Of a stretch of DNA of 64,000 nucleotides, positions 26,101-41,100 are shown piece after piece. The stretch spans positions 99,140,001-99,204,000 of the forward strand of contig OZ076409.1 in assembly GCA_964187785.1 (NCBI GenBank), in the 5' to 3' direction. Each line of letters opens with the position of its first letter. The stretch's first letter is position 1. Source of the DNA: Amphiscolops sp. MND2022. Its lineage: Eukaryota. The notes beneath the pieces were generated by a model, which ran no database searches, had not been told where the DNA came from, and saw only the letters and a list, made by a program, of their open reading frames with translations. The translations under genes were made by a program, and so were the position numbers.

Positions 26101-29100
26101 TCAATGCCGCCGCAGCAAACAAAAACGAATCAACTGCTCTCACTACTCATGTTCGTGTTTCAACTTAACCTAAGTTTAGATGCTTCAAAAAACGTTTTCC
26201 ATAAATATTCGAACAACATTGTAACTATTAGCGTAGCTTTTTGAACTTTATATTATTTTGATCAAGAAATCTTGACTTGCATCAACCACTGTTTCCTGAA
26301 GTATACGAACAATTCAATGGATAATGAGTTTTCCTTTCATCAACTTACGCCAGTTTGTTGAACATAAAAACCTACTGTTTTTGCATCTAGAAAACTGGCA
26401 AAGTAAACTTTACATACTTTGCATTCAAGTCTTCCATTGCTACTAGCATTTCAACTTTGAACTTGAGCAGAAACGCTGTATACGTAAGAATTGTCCAAAA
26501 TGATTCTACATATGTTTGGCTTTTGTCATATATTCATTTCAAATGCGACTATTATATTGAAGGAGCTATATTCATGTTTTGTTCCTTTTGTAGAGTAAAA
26601 AGCTTCAATGGACAGTAATTGCTGCTAGCAGTCTTTCAAAAGCGATGGCTGTTGTTCGAACTTCTTTCTCACATTACAAAGACTATCATTGCAAGACCAG
26701 GGATGTCTTTCGGTAATGAAGATCAAAAGAAAAATGTTTTTCAGGTTATTAAACAACTTGAGCGACGCAAACACCAGTTCGTTATATGGCATGACGATAT
26801 TTAGAATTCAATTTCTCAGCATCCTCAACAGGAAACGGCATCCTTGCCCGAAGCAGAGTTTATTGCGGGACTCAAAAAAATGGCGCGCATCAATGCGGCT
26901 TTCGCTGATTTGTCACGAATGGATGCAATGGCTTCCATTGAAGATAAATATCAAGACTTCGATTTCATGCCTTTCATTAAAGTTCGACCTCTGCACTCAT
27001 GATATTTTGAGTATTTATTGGCTCAAGATATTTACATTTGCATTATGAGATAGAGGAGCATTTAATGCGCAGACTTTTATGCTAGTTTTTTAAACATTTT
27101 GATGCTTTATCAAAAAATAATCGCAATCAATGCCGCCGCAGCAAACAAAAACGAATCAACTGCTGTCACTACTCATGTTCGTGTTTCAACTTAACCTAAG
27201 TTTAGATGCTTCAAAAAACGTTTTCCATAAATATTCGAACAACATTGTAAATATTAGCGTAGCTTTTTGAACTTTATAATATTTTGTTCAAGAAATCTTG
27301 ACTTGCACCAGCCACTGTTTCCTGAAGTATACGAACAATTCAATGGATAATGAGTTTTCCTTTCATCAACTTACGCTAGTTTGTTGGAAATAAAAACTTA
27401 CTGTTTTTGCATCTAGAAAACTTGCACATTGAACTTTACATACTTTGCATTCAAGTCTTCCATTGCTACTAGCATTTCAATTTTGAACTTGAGCAGAAAC
27501 GCTGTAATACGTAAGAATTGTCCAAAATGATGCTACATATGTTTGGCTTCTGTCATATAATCATTTCAAACGCGACTATTGTATTGAAGGAGCTATATTC
27601 GTGTTTTGTTCCTTTTGTAGAGTAAAATGCTTCAATGGACAGTAATTGCTGCTAGCAGTCTTTCAACAGCGATAGCTGTTGTTCGAACTTCTTTCTCACA
27701 TTACAAAGACTATCATTGCAAGACCAGGGATGTCTTTCGTTAATGAAGATCAAAAGAAAAATGTTTTTCAGGTTGATAAACAACTTGAGCGGCGCCAACA
27801 CCAGTTCGTTTTATGGCATGATATATTTCGAATTCAATTTCTAAGCATCCTCAACAGGAAACGGCATTATTGCCCGAAGCAGAGTTTGTTGCGGAACTCA
27901 AAATGGCGCGCATCAATGTGGCTTTCGCTGATTTGTCACGAACCAATGCAATGGCTTTCATTGAAGATAATTTTCAAGACTTCAATTTCATGCCTTTCAT
28001 TAAAGTTCGACCTCTGCAGTCACGATATTTCGAGTATTTATTGGCTCAAGATATTTACATTTGCACTATGAGATAGAGGAGCATTTAATGCGCAGATTTT
28101 TAATGCTAGTTGTTTAAACATTTTGATGCTTTATCAAAAAAATCGCAATCAATGCCGCCGCAGCAAACAAAAACGAATCAACTGCTGTCACTACTCATCT
28201 TCGGGTTTCAACTTAACCTAAGTTTAGATGCTTCAAAAAAACGTTTTCCATAATTATTCGAACAATATTGTAACCATTAGCGTGGCTTTTTGAACTTTAA
28301 TTATTTTGTTCAAGAAATCTTGACTTGCACCAACCACTGTTTCCCAAAGTATACGGACAATTCAAGGGATAATGAGTTTTCCTTTCAACGACTTACGCCA
28401 GTTTGTTGGACATACAATTTTTACTGTTTTTGCATCTAGAAAACTTGCAAAGTGAACTTTACATACTTTGCATTCAAGTCTTCCAATGCTAATGGCATTT
28501 CAACTTTGAACTTGAGAAGAAACGCTGTAATACGTAAGAATTGTCCAAAATGGTGCTACATATGTTTGGCTTTTGTCATATATTCATTTCAAATGCGACT
28601 ATTATATTGAAGGAGCTATAATCATGTTTTGTTCCTCTTGTAGAGTAAAATGCTTCAATGGACAGTAATTGCTGCTAGCAGTCTTTCAAAAGCGATGGCT
28701 GTTGTTCGAACTTCTTTCTCACATTACAAAGACTATCAATGCAAGACCAGGGATGTCTTTCGTTATTGAAGATCAATAGAAAAATGTTTTTCAGGTTAAT
28801 AAACAACTTGAGCGGCGCCAACACCAGTTCGTTATATGGCATGATGATATTTCGAATTCAATTTCTCAGCATCCTCAACAGGAAACGGCAGCATTGCCCG
28901 AAGCAGAGTTTGTTGCGGAACTCAAAAAATGGCGCGCATCAATGTGGCTTTCGCTGATTTGTCACGAACCGATGCAATGGCTTCCATTGAAGATAAACTT
29001 CAAGACTTCGAATTCATGCCTTTCATTAAAGTTCGACCTCTGCAGTCACGACATTTCGAGTATTTATTGGCTCAAGATATTTACATTTGCATTATGAGAT

Positions 29101-32100
29101 GGAGGAGCATTTAATGCGCAGATTTTTTATGCTAGTTGTTTAAACATTTTGATGCTTTATCAAAAAAATAATCGCAATCAATGCCGCCGCAGCAAACAAA
29201 AACGAATCAACTGCTGTCACTACTCATGTTCGTGTTTCAACTTAACCTAAGTTAAGATGCTTCAAAAAAACGTTTTCCATAATTATTCGAACAGTATTGT
29301 AACTATTAGCGTAGCTTTTTGAACTTTATATTATTTTGATCAAGAAATCTTGACTTGCATCAACCACTGTTTCCTGAAGTATACGAACAATTCAAGGGAT
29401 AATGAGTTTTCCTTTCATCAACTTACGCCAGTTTGTTGGACATAAAAACTTACTGTTTTTGCATCTAGAAAACTTGCAAATTGAACTTTACATACTTTGC
29501 ATTCAAGTCTTCCATTGCTGCTAGCATTTCAACTTTGAACTTGAGCAGAAACGCTGTAATACGCAAGAATTGTCCAAAAAGATGCTACATATGTTTGGCT
29601 TTTGTCATATACTCACTTCAAATGCGACTATTATATTGAAGGAGCTATATTCATGTTTTGTTCCTTTTGTAGAGTAAAATGCTTCAATGGACAGGAATTG
29701 CTGCTAGCAGTCTTTCAACAGCGATAGCTGTTGTTCGAACTTCTTTCTCACATTACAAAGACTATCATTGCAAGACCAGGGATGTCTTTCGTTATTGAAG
29801 ATCAAAAGAAAAATGTTTTTCAGGTTAGTAAAACAACTTGAGCGGCGCCAACACCAGTTCGTTTTATGGCATGATATATTTCGAATTCAATTTCTAAGCA
29901 TACTCAACAGGAAACGGCATCATTGCCCGAAGCAGAGTTTGTTGCGGAACTCAAAATGGCGCGCATCAATGTGGCTTTCGCTGATTTGTCACGAACCGAT
30001 GCAATGGCTTTCATTGAAGATAAATTTCAAGACTTCGATTTCATGCCTTTCATTGAAGTTCGACCTCTGCAGTCACGATATTTCGAGTATTTATTGGCTC
30101 AAGATATTTACATTTGCACTATGAGATAGAGGAGCATTTAATGCGCAGATTTTTAATGCTAGTTGTTTAAACATTTTGATGCTTTATCAAAAAAAATAAT
30201 CGCAATCAATGCCGCCGCAGCAAACAAAAACGAATCAACTGCTGTCACTACTCATGTTCGTGTTTCAACTTAACCTAAGTTAAGATGCTTCAAAAAAACG
30301 TTTTCCATAATTATTCGAACAGTATTGTAACTATTAGCGTAGCTTTTTGAACTTTATATTATTTTGATCAAGAAATCTTGACTTGCATCAACCACTGTTT
30401 CCTGAAGTATACGAACAATTCAAGGGATAATGAGTTTTCCTTTCATCAACTTACGCCAGTTTGTTGGACATAAAAACTTACTGTTTTTGCATCTAGAAAA
30501 CTTGCAAATTGAACTTTACATACTTTGCATTCAAGTCTTCCATTGCTGCTAGCATTTCAACTTTGAACTTGAGCAGAAACGCTGTAATACGCAAGAATTG
30601 TCCAAAAAGATGCTACATATGTTTGGCTTTTGTCATATACTCACTTCAAATGCGACTATTATATTGAAGGAGCTATATTCATGTTTTGTTCCTTTTGTAG
30701 AGTAAAATGCTTCAATGGACAGTAATTGCTGCTAGCAGTCTTTCAACAGCGATAGCTGTTGTTCGAACTTCTTTCTCACATTACAAAGACTATCATTGCA
30801 AGACCAGGGATGTCTTTCGTTATTGAAGATCAAAAGAAAAATGTTTTTCAGGTTAGTAAAACAACTTGAGCGGCGCCAACACCAGTTCGTTTTATGGCAT
30901 GATATATTTCGAATTCAATTTCTAAGCATACTCAACAGGAAACGGCATCATTGCCCGAAGCAGAGTTTGTTGCGGAACTCAAAATGGCGCGCATCAATGT
31001 GGCTTTCGCTGATTTGTCACGAACCGATGCAATGGCTTTCATTGAAGATAAATTTCAAGACTTCGATTTCATGCCTTTCATTGAAGTTCGACCTCTGCAG
31101 TCACGATATTTCGAGTATTTATTGGCTCAAGATATTTACATTTGCACTATGAGATAGAGGAGCATTTAATGCGCAGATTTTTAATGCTAGTTGTTTAAAC
31201 ATTTTGATGCTTTATCAAAAAAAAATAATCGCAATCAATGCCGCCGCAGCAAACAAAAACGAATCAACTGCTGTCACTACTCATGTTCGTGTTTCAACTT
31301 AACCTAAGTTTAGATGCTTCAAAAAACGTTTTCCATAAATATTCGAACAACATTGTAAATATTAGCGTAGCTTTTTGAACTTTATAATATTTTGTTCAAG
31401 AAATCTTGACTTGCACCAGCCACTGTTTCCTGAAGTATACGAACAATTCAATGGATAATGAGTTTTCCTTTCATCAACTTACGCTAGTTTGTTGGACATA
31501 AAAACTTACTGTTTTGCATCTAGAAAACTTGCACATTGAACTTTACATACTTTGCATTCAAGTCTTCCATTGCTACTAGCATTTCAACTTTGAACTTGAG
31601 CAGAAACGCTGTAATACGTGAGAATTGTCCAAAATGATGCTACATATGTTTGGCTTCTGTCATATAATCATTTCAAACGCGACTATTGTATTGAAGGAGC
31701 TATATTCGTGTTTTGTTCCTTTTGTAGAGTAAAATGCTTCAATGGACAGTAATTGCTGCTAGCAGTCTTTCAACAGCGATAGCTGTTGTTCGAACTTCTT
31801 TCTCACATTACAAAGACTATCATTGCAAGACCAGGGATGTCTTTCGTTAATGAAGATCAAAAGAAAAATGTTTTTCAGGTTAATAAACAACTTGAGCGGC
31901 GCCAACACCAGTTCGTTTTATGGCATGATATCTTTCGAATTCAATTTCTAAGCATCCTCAACAGGAAACGGCATTATTGCCCGAAGCAGAGTTTGTTGCG
32001 GAACTCAAAATGGCGCGCATCAATGTGGCTTTCGCTGATTTGTCACGAACCAATGCAATGGCTTTCATTGAAGATAATTTTCAAGACTTCAATTTCATGC

Positions 32101-35100
32101 CTTTCATTAAAGTTCGACCTCTGCAGTCACGATATTTCGAGTATTTATTGGCTCAAGATATTTACATTTGCACTATGAGATAGAGGAGCATTTAATGCGC
32201 AGATTTTTAATGCTAGTTGTTTAAACATTTTGATGCTTTATCAAAAAAATCGCAATCAATGCCGCCGCAGCAAACAAAAACGAATCAACTGCTGTCACTA
32301 CTCATGTTCGGGTTTCAACTTAACCTAAGTTTAGATGCTTCAAAAAAACGTTTTCCATAATTATTCGAACAATATTGTAACCATTAGCGTGGCTTTTTGA
32401 ACTTTAATTATTTTGTTCAAGAAATCTTGACTTGCACCAACCACTGTTTCCCAAAGTATACGGACAATTCAAGGGATAATGAGTTTTCCTTTCAACGACT
32501 TACGCCAGTTTGTTGGACATACAATTTTTACTGTTTTTGCATCTAGAAAACTTGCAAAGTGAACTTTACATACTTTGCATTCAAGTCTTCCAATGCTAAT
32601 GGCATTTCAACTTTGAACTTGAGAAGAAACGCTGTAATACGTAAGAATTGTCCAAAATGGTGCTACATATGTTTGGCTTTTGTCATATATTCATTTCAAA
32701 TGCGACTATTATATTGAAGGAGCTATAATCATGTTTTGTTCCTCTTGTAGAGTAAAATGCTTCAATGGACAGTAATTGCTGCTAGCAGTCTTTCAAAAGC
32801 GATGGCTGTTGTTCGAACTTCTTTCTCACATTACAAAGACTATCAATGCAAGACCAGGGATGTCTTTCGTTATTGAAGATCAATAGAAAAATGTTTTTCA
32901 GGTTAATAAACAACTTGAGCGGCGCCAACACCAGTTCGTTATATGGCATGATGATATTTCGAATTCAATTTCTCAGCATCCTCAACAGGAAACGGCAGCA
33001 TTGCCCGAAGCAGAGTTTGTTGCGGAACTCAAAAAATGGCGCGCATCAATGTGGCTTTCGCTGATTTGTCACGAACCGATGCAATGGCTTCCATTGAAGA
33101 TAAACTTCAAGACTTCGAATTCATGCCTTTCATTAAAGTTCGACCTCTGCAGTCACGACATTTCGAGTATTTATTGGCTCAAGATATTTACATTTGCATT
33201 ATGAGATAGAGGAGCATTTAATGCGCAGATTTTTTATGCTAGTTGTTTAAACATTTTGATGCTTTATCAAAAAAAAAATCGCAATCAATGCCGCCGCAGC
33301 AAACAAAAACGAATCAACTGCTGTCACTACGCATGTTCGTGTTTCATCGTGATATAAGTTTAGATGCTTCAAAAAAACGTTTTCCATAATTATTCGAACA
33401 ATATTGTAACTATTAGCGTAGCTTTTTAAACTTTATATTATTTTGTTCAAGAAATCTTGACTTGCATCAACCACTGTTTCCTGAAGTATACGAACAATTC
33501 AAGGGATAATGAGTTTTCCTTTCATCAACTTACGCCAGTTTGTTGGACATAAAAACTTACTGTTTTTGCATCTAGAAAACTTGCAAATTGAACTTTACAT
33601 ACTTTGCATTCAAGTCTTCCATTGCTGCTAGCATTTCAACTTTGAACTTGAGCAGAAACGCTGTAATACGCAAGAATTGTCCAAAAAGATGCTACATATG
33701 TTTGGCTTTTGTCATATACTCACTTCAAATGCGACTATTATATTGAAGGAGCTATATTCATGTTTGTTCCTTTTGTAGAGTAAAATGCTTCAATGGACAG
33801 TAATTGCTGCTAGCAGTCTTTCAACAGCGATAGCTGTTGTTCGAACTTCTTTCTCACATTACAAAGACTATCATTGCAAGACCAGGGATGTCTTTCGTTA
33901 TTGAAGATCAAAAGAAAAATGTTTTTCAGGTTAGTAAAACAACTTGAGCGGCGCCAACACCAGTTCGTTTTATGGCATGATATATTTCGAATTCAATTTC
34001 TAAGCATACTCAACAGGAAACGGCATCATTGCCCGAAGCAGAGTTTGTTGCGGAACTCAAAATGGCGCGCATCAATGTGGCTTTCGCTGATTTGTCACGA
34101 ACCGATGCAATGGCTTTCATTGAAGATAAATTTCAAGACTTCGATTTCATGCCTTTCATTGAAGTTCGACCTCTGCAGTCACGATATTTCGAGTATTTAT
34201 TGGCTCAAGATATTTACATTTGCACTAACAGATAGAGGAGCATTTAATGCGCAGATTTTTAATGCTAGTTGTTTAAACATTTTGATGCTTTATCAAAAAA
34301 ATGGCAATCAATGCCGCCGCAGCAAACAAAAACGAATCAACTGCTGTCACTACTCATGTTCGTGTTTCAACTTAACCTAAGTTTAGATGCTTCAAAAAAA
34401 CGTTTTCCATAATTATTCGAACAATATTTAACTATTAGCGTAGCTTTTTGAACTTTATATTATTTTGATCAAGAAATCTTGACTTGCACCAACCACTGTT
34501 CCCTGAAGTATACGAACAATTCAATGGATAATGAGTTTTCCTTTCATCAACTTACGCCAGTTTGTTGGACATAAAAACTTACTGTTTTTGAATCTAGAAA
34601 ACTTGCAAAAAGAACTTTACATACTTTGCATTCAAGTCTTCCATTGCTACTAGCATTTCAACTTTGAACTTGAGCAGAAACGCTGTATTACGTAAGAATT
34701 GTCCAAAAAGATGCTGCATATGTTTGGCTTTTGTCATATATTCATTTCAAATGCGACTATTATATTGAAGGAGCTATATTCATGTTTTGTTCCTTTTGTA
34801 GAGTAAAATGCTTCAATGGACAGTAATTGCTGCTAGCAGTCTTTCAAAAGCGATGGCTGTTGTTCGAACTTCTTTCTCACATTACAAAGACTATCAATGC
34901 AAGACCAGGGATGTCTTTCGTTATTGAAGATCAAAAGAAAAATGTTTTTCAGGTTAATAAACAACTTGAGCGGCGCCAACACCAGTTCGTTATATGGCAT
35001 GATGATACTTCGAATTCAATTTCTCAGCATCCTTAACAGGAAACGGCAGCCTTGCCCGAAGCAGAGTTTGTTGCGGAACTCAAAAAATGGCGCGCATCAA

Positions 35101-38100
35101 TGTGGCTTTCGCTGATTTGTCACGAACCGATGCAATGGCTTCCATTGAAGATAAACTTCAAGACTTCGAATTCATGCCTTTCATTAAAGTTCGACCTCTG
35201 CAGTCACGACATTTCGAGTATTTATTGGCTCAAGATATTTACATTTGCATTATGAGATAGAGGAGCATTTAATGCGTAGATTTTTTATGCCAATTTTTCA
35301 AACATTTTGATGCTTTATCAAAAAAAATAATCGCAATCAATGCCGCCGCAGCAAACAAAAACGAATCAACTGCTGTCACTACTCAAGTTCGTGCTTCATC
35401 TTAACCTGAGTTTAGATGCCGCAGAAAACGTTTTCCATAATTATTCGAACAATATTGTAACTATTAGCGTGGCTTTTTGAACTTTATATTATTTTGTTCA
35501 AGAAATCTTGACTTGCACCAACCACTGTTTCCCAAAGTATACGGACAATTCAAGGGATAATGAGTTTTCCTTTCAACGACTTACGCCAGTTTGTTGGACA
35601 TACAATTTTTACTGTTTTTGCATCTAGAAAACTTGCAAAGTGAACTTTACATACTTTGCATTCAAGTCTTCCATTGCTACTAGCATTTCAACTTTGAACT
35701 TGAGCAGAAACGCTGTATTACGTAAGAATTGTCCAAAAAGATGCTACATATGTTTGGCTTTTGTCATATATTCATTTCAAATGCGACTATTATATTGAAG
35801 GAGCTATATTCATGTTTTGTTCCTTTTGTAGAGTAAAATGCTTCAATGGACAGTAGTTGCTGCTAGCAGACTTTCAAAAGCGATGGCTGTTGTTCGAACT
35901 TCTTTCTCACATTACAAAGACTATCATTGCAAGACCAGGGATGTCTTTCGTTATTGAAGATCAAAAGAAAAATGTTTTTCAGGTTAATAAACAACTTGAG
36001 CGGCGCCAACACCAGTTCGTTTTATGGCATGATGATACTTCGAATTCAATTTCTCAGCATCCTCAACAGGAAACGGCAGCCTTGCCCGAAGCAGAGTTTG
36101 TTGCGGAACTCAAAAAATGGCGCGCATCAATGTGGCTTTCGCTGATTTGTCACGAACCGATGCAATGGCTTCCATTGAAGATAAATTTCAAGACTTCGAA
36201 TTCATGCCTTTCATTAAAGTTCGACCTCTGCAGTCACGACATTTCGAGTATTTATTGGCTCAAGATATTTACATTTGCATTATGAGATAGAGGAGCATTT
36301 AATGCGTAGATTTTTTATGCTAATTTTTTAAACATTTTGATGCTTTATCTAAAAAAATCGCAATCAATGCCGCCGCAGCAAACAAAAACGAATCAACTGC
36401 TGTCACTACTCAAGTTCGTGTTTCATCTTAACCTAAGTTTAGATGCCGCAGAAAACGTTTTCCATAATTATTCGAACAATATTGTAACTATTAGCGTGGC
36501 TTTTTGAACTTTATATTATTTTGTTCAAGAAATCTTGACTTGCACCAACCACTGTTTCCCAAAGTATACGGACAATTCAATGGATAATGAGTTTTCCTTT
36601 CAACGACTTACGCTAGTTTGTTGGACATAAAAACTTACTGTTTTTGCATCTAGAAAACTTGCACATTGAACTTTACATACTTTGCATTCAAGTCTTCCAT
36701 TGCTACTAGCATTTCAACTTTGAACTTGAGCAGAAACGCTGTAATACGTAAGAATTGTCCAAAATGATGCTACATATGTTTGAAGGAGCTATTATATTGA
36801 AGGAGCTATATTCATGTTTTGTTCCTTTTGTAGAGTAAAATGCTTCAATGGACAGTAATTGCTGCTAGCAGTCTTTCAACAGCGATAGCTGTTGTTCGAA
36901 CTTCTTTCTCACATTACAAAGACTATCATTGCAAGACCAGGGATGTCTTTCGTTATTGAAGATCAAAAGAAATGTTTTTCAGGTTAATAAACAACTTGAG
37001 CGGCGCCAACACCAGTTCGTTATATGGCATGATATATTTCGAATTCAATTTTTCAGCATCCTCAACAGGAAACGGCAGCCTTGCCCGAAGCAGAGTTTGT
37101 TGCGGAACTCAAAAAATGGCGCGCATCAATGTGGCTTTCGCTGATTTGACACGAACCGATGCAATGGCTTCCATTGAAGATAAATTTCAAGATTTCGATT
37201 TCATGCCTTTCATTAAAGTTCGACCTCTGCAGTCACGATATTTCGAGTATTTATTGGCTCAAGATATTTACATTTGCATTATCATAGAGGAGCATTTAAT
37301 GCGTAGATTTTTTATGCTAATTTTTTAAACATTTTGATGCTTTATCAAAAAAAATAATCGCAATCAATGCCGCCGCAGCAAACAAAAACGAATCAACTGC
37401 TGTCACTACTCAAGTTCGTGTTTCATCTTAACCTAAGTTTAGATGCCGCAGAAAACGTTTTCCATAATTATTCGAACAATATTGTAATTATTAGCGTGGC
37501 TTTTCGAACTTTATATTATTTTGTTCAAGAAATCTTGACTTGCACCAACCACTGTTTCCCAAAGTATACGGACAATTCAATGGATAATGAGTTTTCCTTT
37601 CATCGACTTACGCCAGCTTGTTGGACATACAAATTTTTACTGTTTTTGCATCCAGAAAACTTGCGAAGTGAACTTTACATACTTTGCATTCAAGTCTTCC
37701 ATTGCTACTAGCATTTCAACTTTGAACTCGAGCAGAAACGCTGTAATACGTAAGAAATGTCCAAAATGATTCTACATATGTTTGACTTTTGTCCTATATT
37801 CATTTCCAATGCGGCTATTACATTGAAGGACCTATATTCATGTTTTGTTCCTTTTGTAGAGTAAAATGCTTCAATGGACAGTAATTGCTGCTAGCAGTCT
37901 TTCAAAAGCGATGGCTGATGTTCGAACTTCTTTCTCACATTACAAAGACTATCATTGCAAGACCAGGGATGTCTTTCGTTAATGAAGATCAAAAGAAAAA
38001 TGTTTTTCAGGTTAATAAACAACTTGAGCGGCGCCAACACCAGTTCGTTATATGGCATGATGATATTTCGAATTCAATTTTTCAGCATCCTCAACAGGAA

Positions 38101-41100
38101 ACGGCAGCCTTTCCCGAAGCAGAGTTTGTTGCGGAACTCAAAAAATGGCGCGCATCAATGTGGCTTTCGCTGATTTGACACGAACCGATGCAATGGCTTC
38201 CATTGAAGATAAATTTCAAGATTTCGATTTCATGTCTTTCATTAAAGTTCGACCTCTGCAGTCACGATATTTCGAGTATTTATTGGCTCAAGATATTTAC
38301 ATTTGCATTATGATAGAGGAGCATTTAATGCGTAGATTTTTTATGCTAATTTTTTAAACATTTTGATGTTTTATCAAAAAAAATAATCGCAATCAATGCC
38401 GCCGCAGCAAACAAAAACGAATCAACTGCTGTCACTACTCAAGTTCGTGTTTCATCTTAACCTGAGTTTAGATGCCGCAGAAAACGTTTTCCATAATTAT
38501 TCGAACAATATTGTAACTATTAGCGTGGCTTTTTGAACTTTATATTATTTTGTTCAAGAAATCTTGACTTGCACCAACCACTGTTTCCCAAAGTATACGG
38601 ACAATTCAATGGATAATGAGTTTTCCTTTCATCGACTTACGCCAGCTTGTTGGACATACAAACTTTCACTATTTTTGCATCTAGAAAACTTGCAAAGTGA
38701 ACTTTACATACTTTGCATTCAAGTCTTCCATTGCTACTAGCATTTCAACTTTGAACTCGAGCAGAAACGCTGTAATACGTAAGAAATGTCCAAAATGATT
38801 CTACATATGTTTGACTTTTGTCATATATTCATTTCCAATGCGGCTATTACATTGAAGGACCTATATTCATGTTTTGTTCCTTTTGTAGAGTAAAATGCTT
38901 CAATGGACAGTAATTGCTGATAGCAGTCTTTCAACAGCGATGGCTGTTGTTCGAACTTCTTTCTCACATTACAAAGACTATCAATGCAAGACCAGGGATG
39001 TCTTTCGTTAATGAAGATCAAAAGAAAAATGTTTTTCAGGTTATCAAACAGCTTGAGCGGCGCCAACACCAGTTCGTTATATGGCATGATGATTTCGAAT
39101 TCAATTTCTCAGCATCCTCAACAGGAAACGGCAGCCTTGCCCGAAGCAGAGTTTGTTGCGGAACCCAAAAAATGGCGCGCATCAATGTGGCTTTCGCTGA
39201 TTTGTCACGAACTGATGCAATGGCTTCCATTGAAGATAAATTTCAAGACTTCGAACTCATGCCTTTCATTAAAGTTCGACCTCTGCAGTCACGACATTTC
39301 GAGTATTTATTGGCTCAAGATATTTACATTTGCATTATGAGATAGAGGAGCATTTAATGCGTAGATTTTTTATGCTAATTTTTTAAACATTTTGATGCTT
39401 TATCAAAAAAAGAAACGCAATCAATGCCGCCGCAGCAAACAAAAACGAATCAACTGCTGTCACTACTCAAGTTCGTGTTTCATCTTAACCTAAGTTTAGA
39501 TGCCGCAGAAAACGTTTTCCATAATTATTCGAACAATATTGTAAGTATTAGCGTGGCTTTTTGAACTTTAATTATTTTGTTCAAGAAATCTTGACTTGCA
39601 CCAACCACTGTTTCCCAAAGTATACGGACAATTCAATGGATAATGAGTTTTCCTTTCATCGACTTACGCCAGCTTGTTGGACATACAAACTTTTACTGTT
39701 TTTGCATCTAGAAAACTTGCAAAGTGAACTTTACATACTTTGCATTCAAGTCTTCCATTGCTACTAGCATTTCAACTTTGAACTCGAGCAGAAACGCTGT
39801 AATACGTAAGAGATGTCCAAAATGATTCTACATATGTTTGACTTTTGTCATATATTCATTTCCAATGCGGCTATTACATTGAAGGACCTATATTCATGTT
39901 TTGTTCCTTTTGTAGAGTAAAATGCTTCAATGGACAGTAATTGCTGCTAGCAGTCTTTCAAAAGCGATGGCTGATGTTCGAACTTCTTTCTCACATTACA
40001 AAGACTATCATTGCAAGACCAGGGATGTCTTTCGTTAATGAAGATCAAAAGAAAAATGTTTTTCAGGTTATTAAACAGCTTGAGTGGCGCCAACAACAGT
40101 TCGTTATATGGCATGAAGATATTTCGAATTCAATCTCAGCATCCTCAACAGGAAACGGCATCCTTTCCCGAAGCAGAGTTTGTTGCGGAACTCAAAAAAT
40201 AGCGCGCATCAATGTGGCTTTCGCTGATTTGACACGAACCGATGCAATGGCTTCCATTGAAGATAATTTTCAAGATTTCGATTTCAAGCCTTTCATTAAA
40301 GTTCGACCTCTGCAGTCACGATATTTCGAGTATTTATTGGCTCAAGATATTTACATTTGCATTATGAGATAGAGGAGCATTTAATGCGTAGATTTTTTAT
40401 GCTAGTTTTTTAAACATTTTGATGCTTTATCAAAAAAAACGCAATCAATGCCGACGCAGCAAACAAAAACGAATCAACTGCTGTCACTACGCATGTTCGT
40501 GTTTCATCTTGATATAAGTTTAGATGCTTCAAAAAAAACGTTTTCCATAATTATTCGAACAATATTGTAACTATTAGCGTAGCTTTTTAAACTTTATAAT
40601 ATTTTGTTCAAGAAATCTTGACTTGCACCAACCACTGTTTCCTAAAGTATACGGATAATTCAATGGATAATGAGTTTTCCTTTCATCGACTTACGCCAGC
40701 TTGTTTGACATACAAACTTTTACTGTTTTTGCATCTAGAAAACTTGCAAAGTGAACTTTACATACTTTGCATTCAAGTCTTCCATTGCTACTAGCATTTC
40801 AACTTTGAACTCGAGCAGAAACGCTGTAATACGTAAGAGATGTCCAAAATGATTCTACATATGTTTGACTTTTGTCATATATTCATTTCCAATGCGGCTA
40901 TTACATTGAAGGACCTATATTCATGTTTTGTTCCTTTTGTAGAGTAAAATGCTTCAATGGACAGTAATTGCTGCTAGCAGTCTTTCAAAAGCGATGGCTG
41001 ATGTTCGAACTTCTTTCTCACATTACAAAGACTATCATTGCAAGACCAGGGATGTCTTTCGTTAATGAAGATCAAAAGAAAGATGTTTTTCAGGTTATTA

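Noticed and set aside
27185..27215. Recursive splice site (sense CTTAG|GTTAAG) repeated in array units
   Set aside because: Weak pyrimidine tract, poor donor match, and lost in many right-hand units; not supportable without nascent RNA data.
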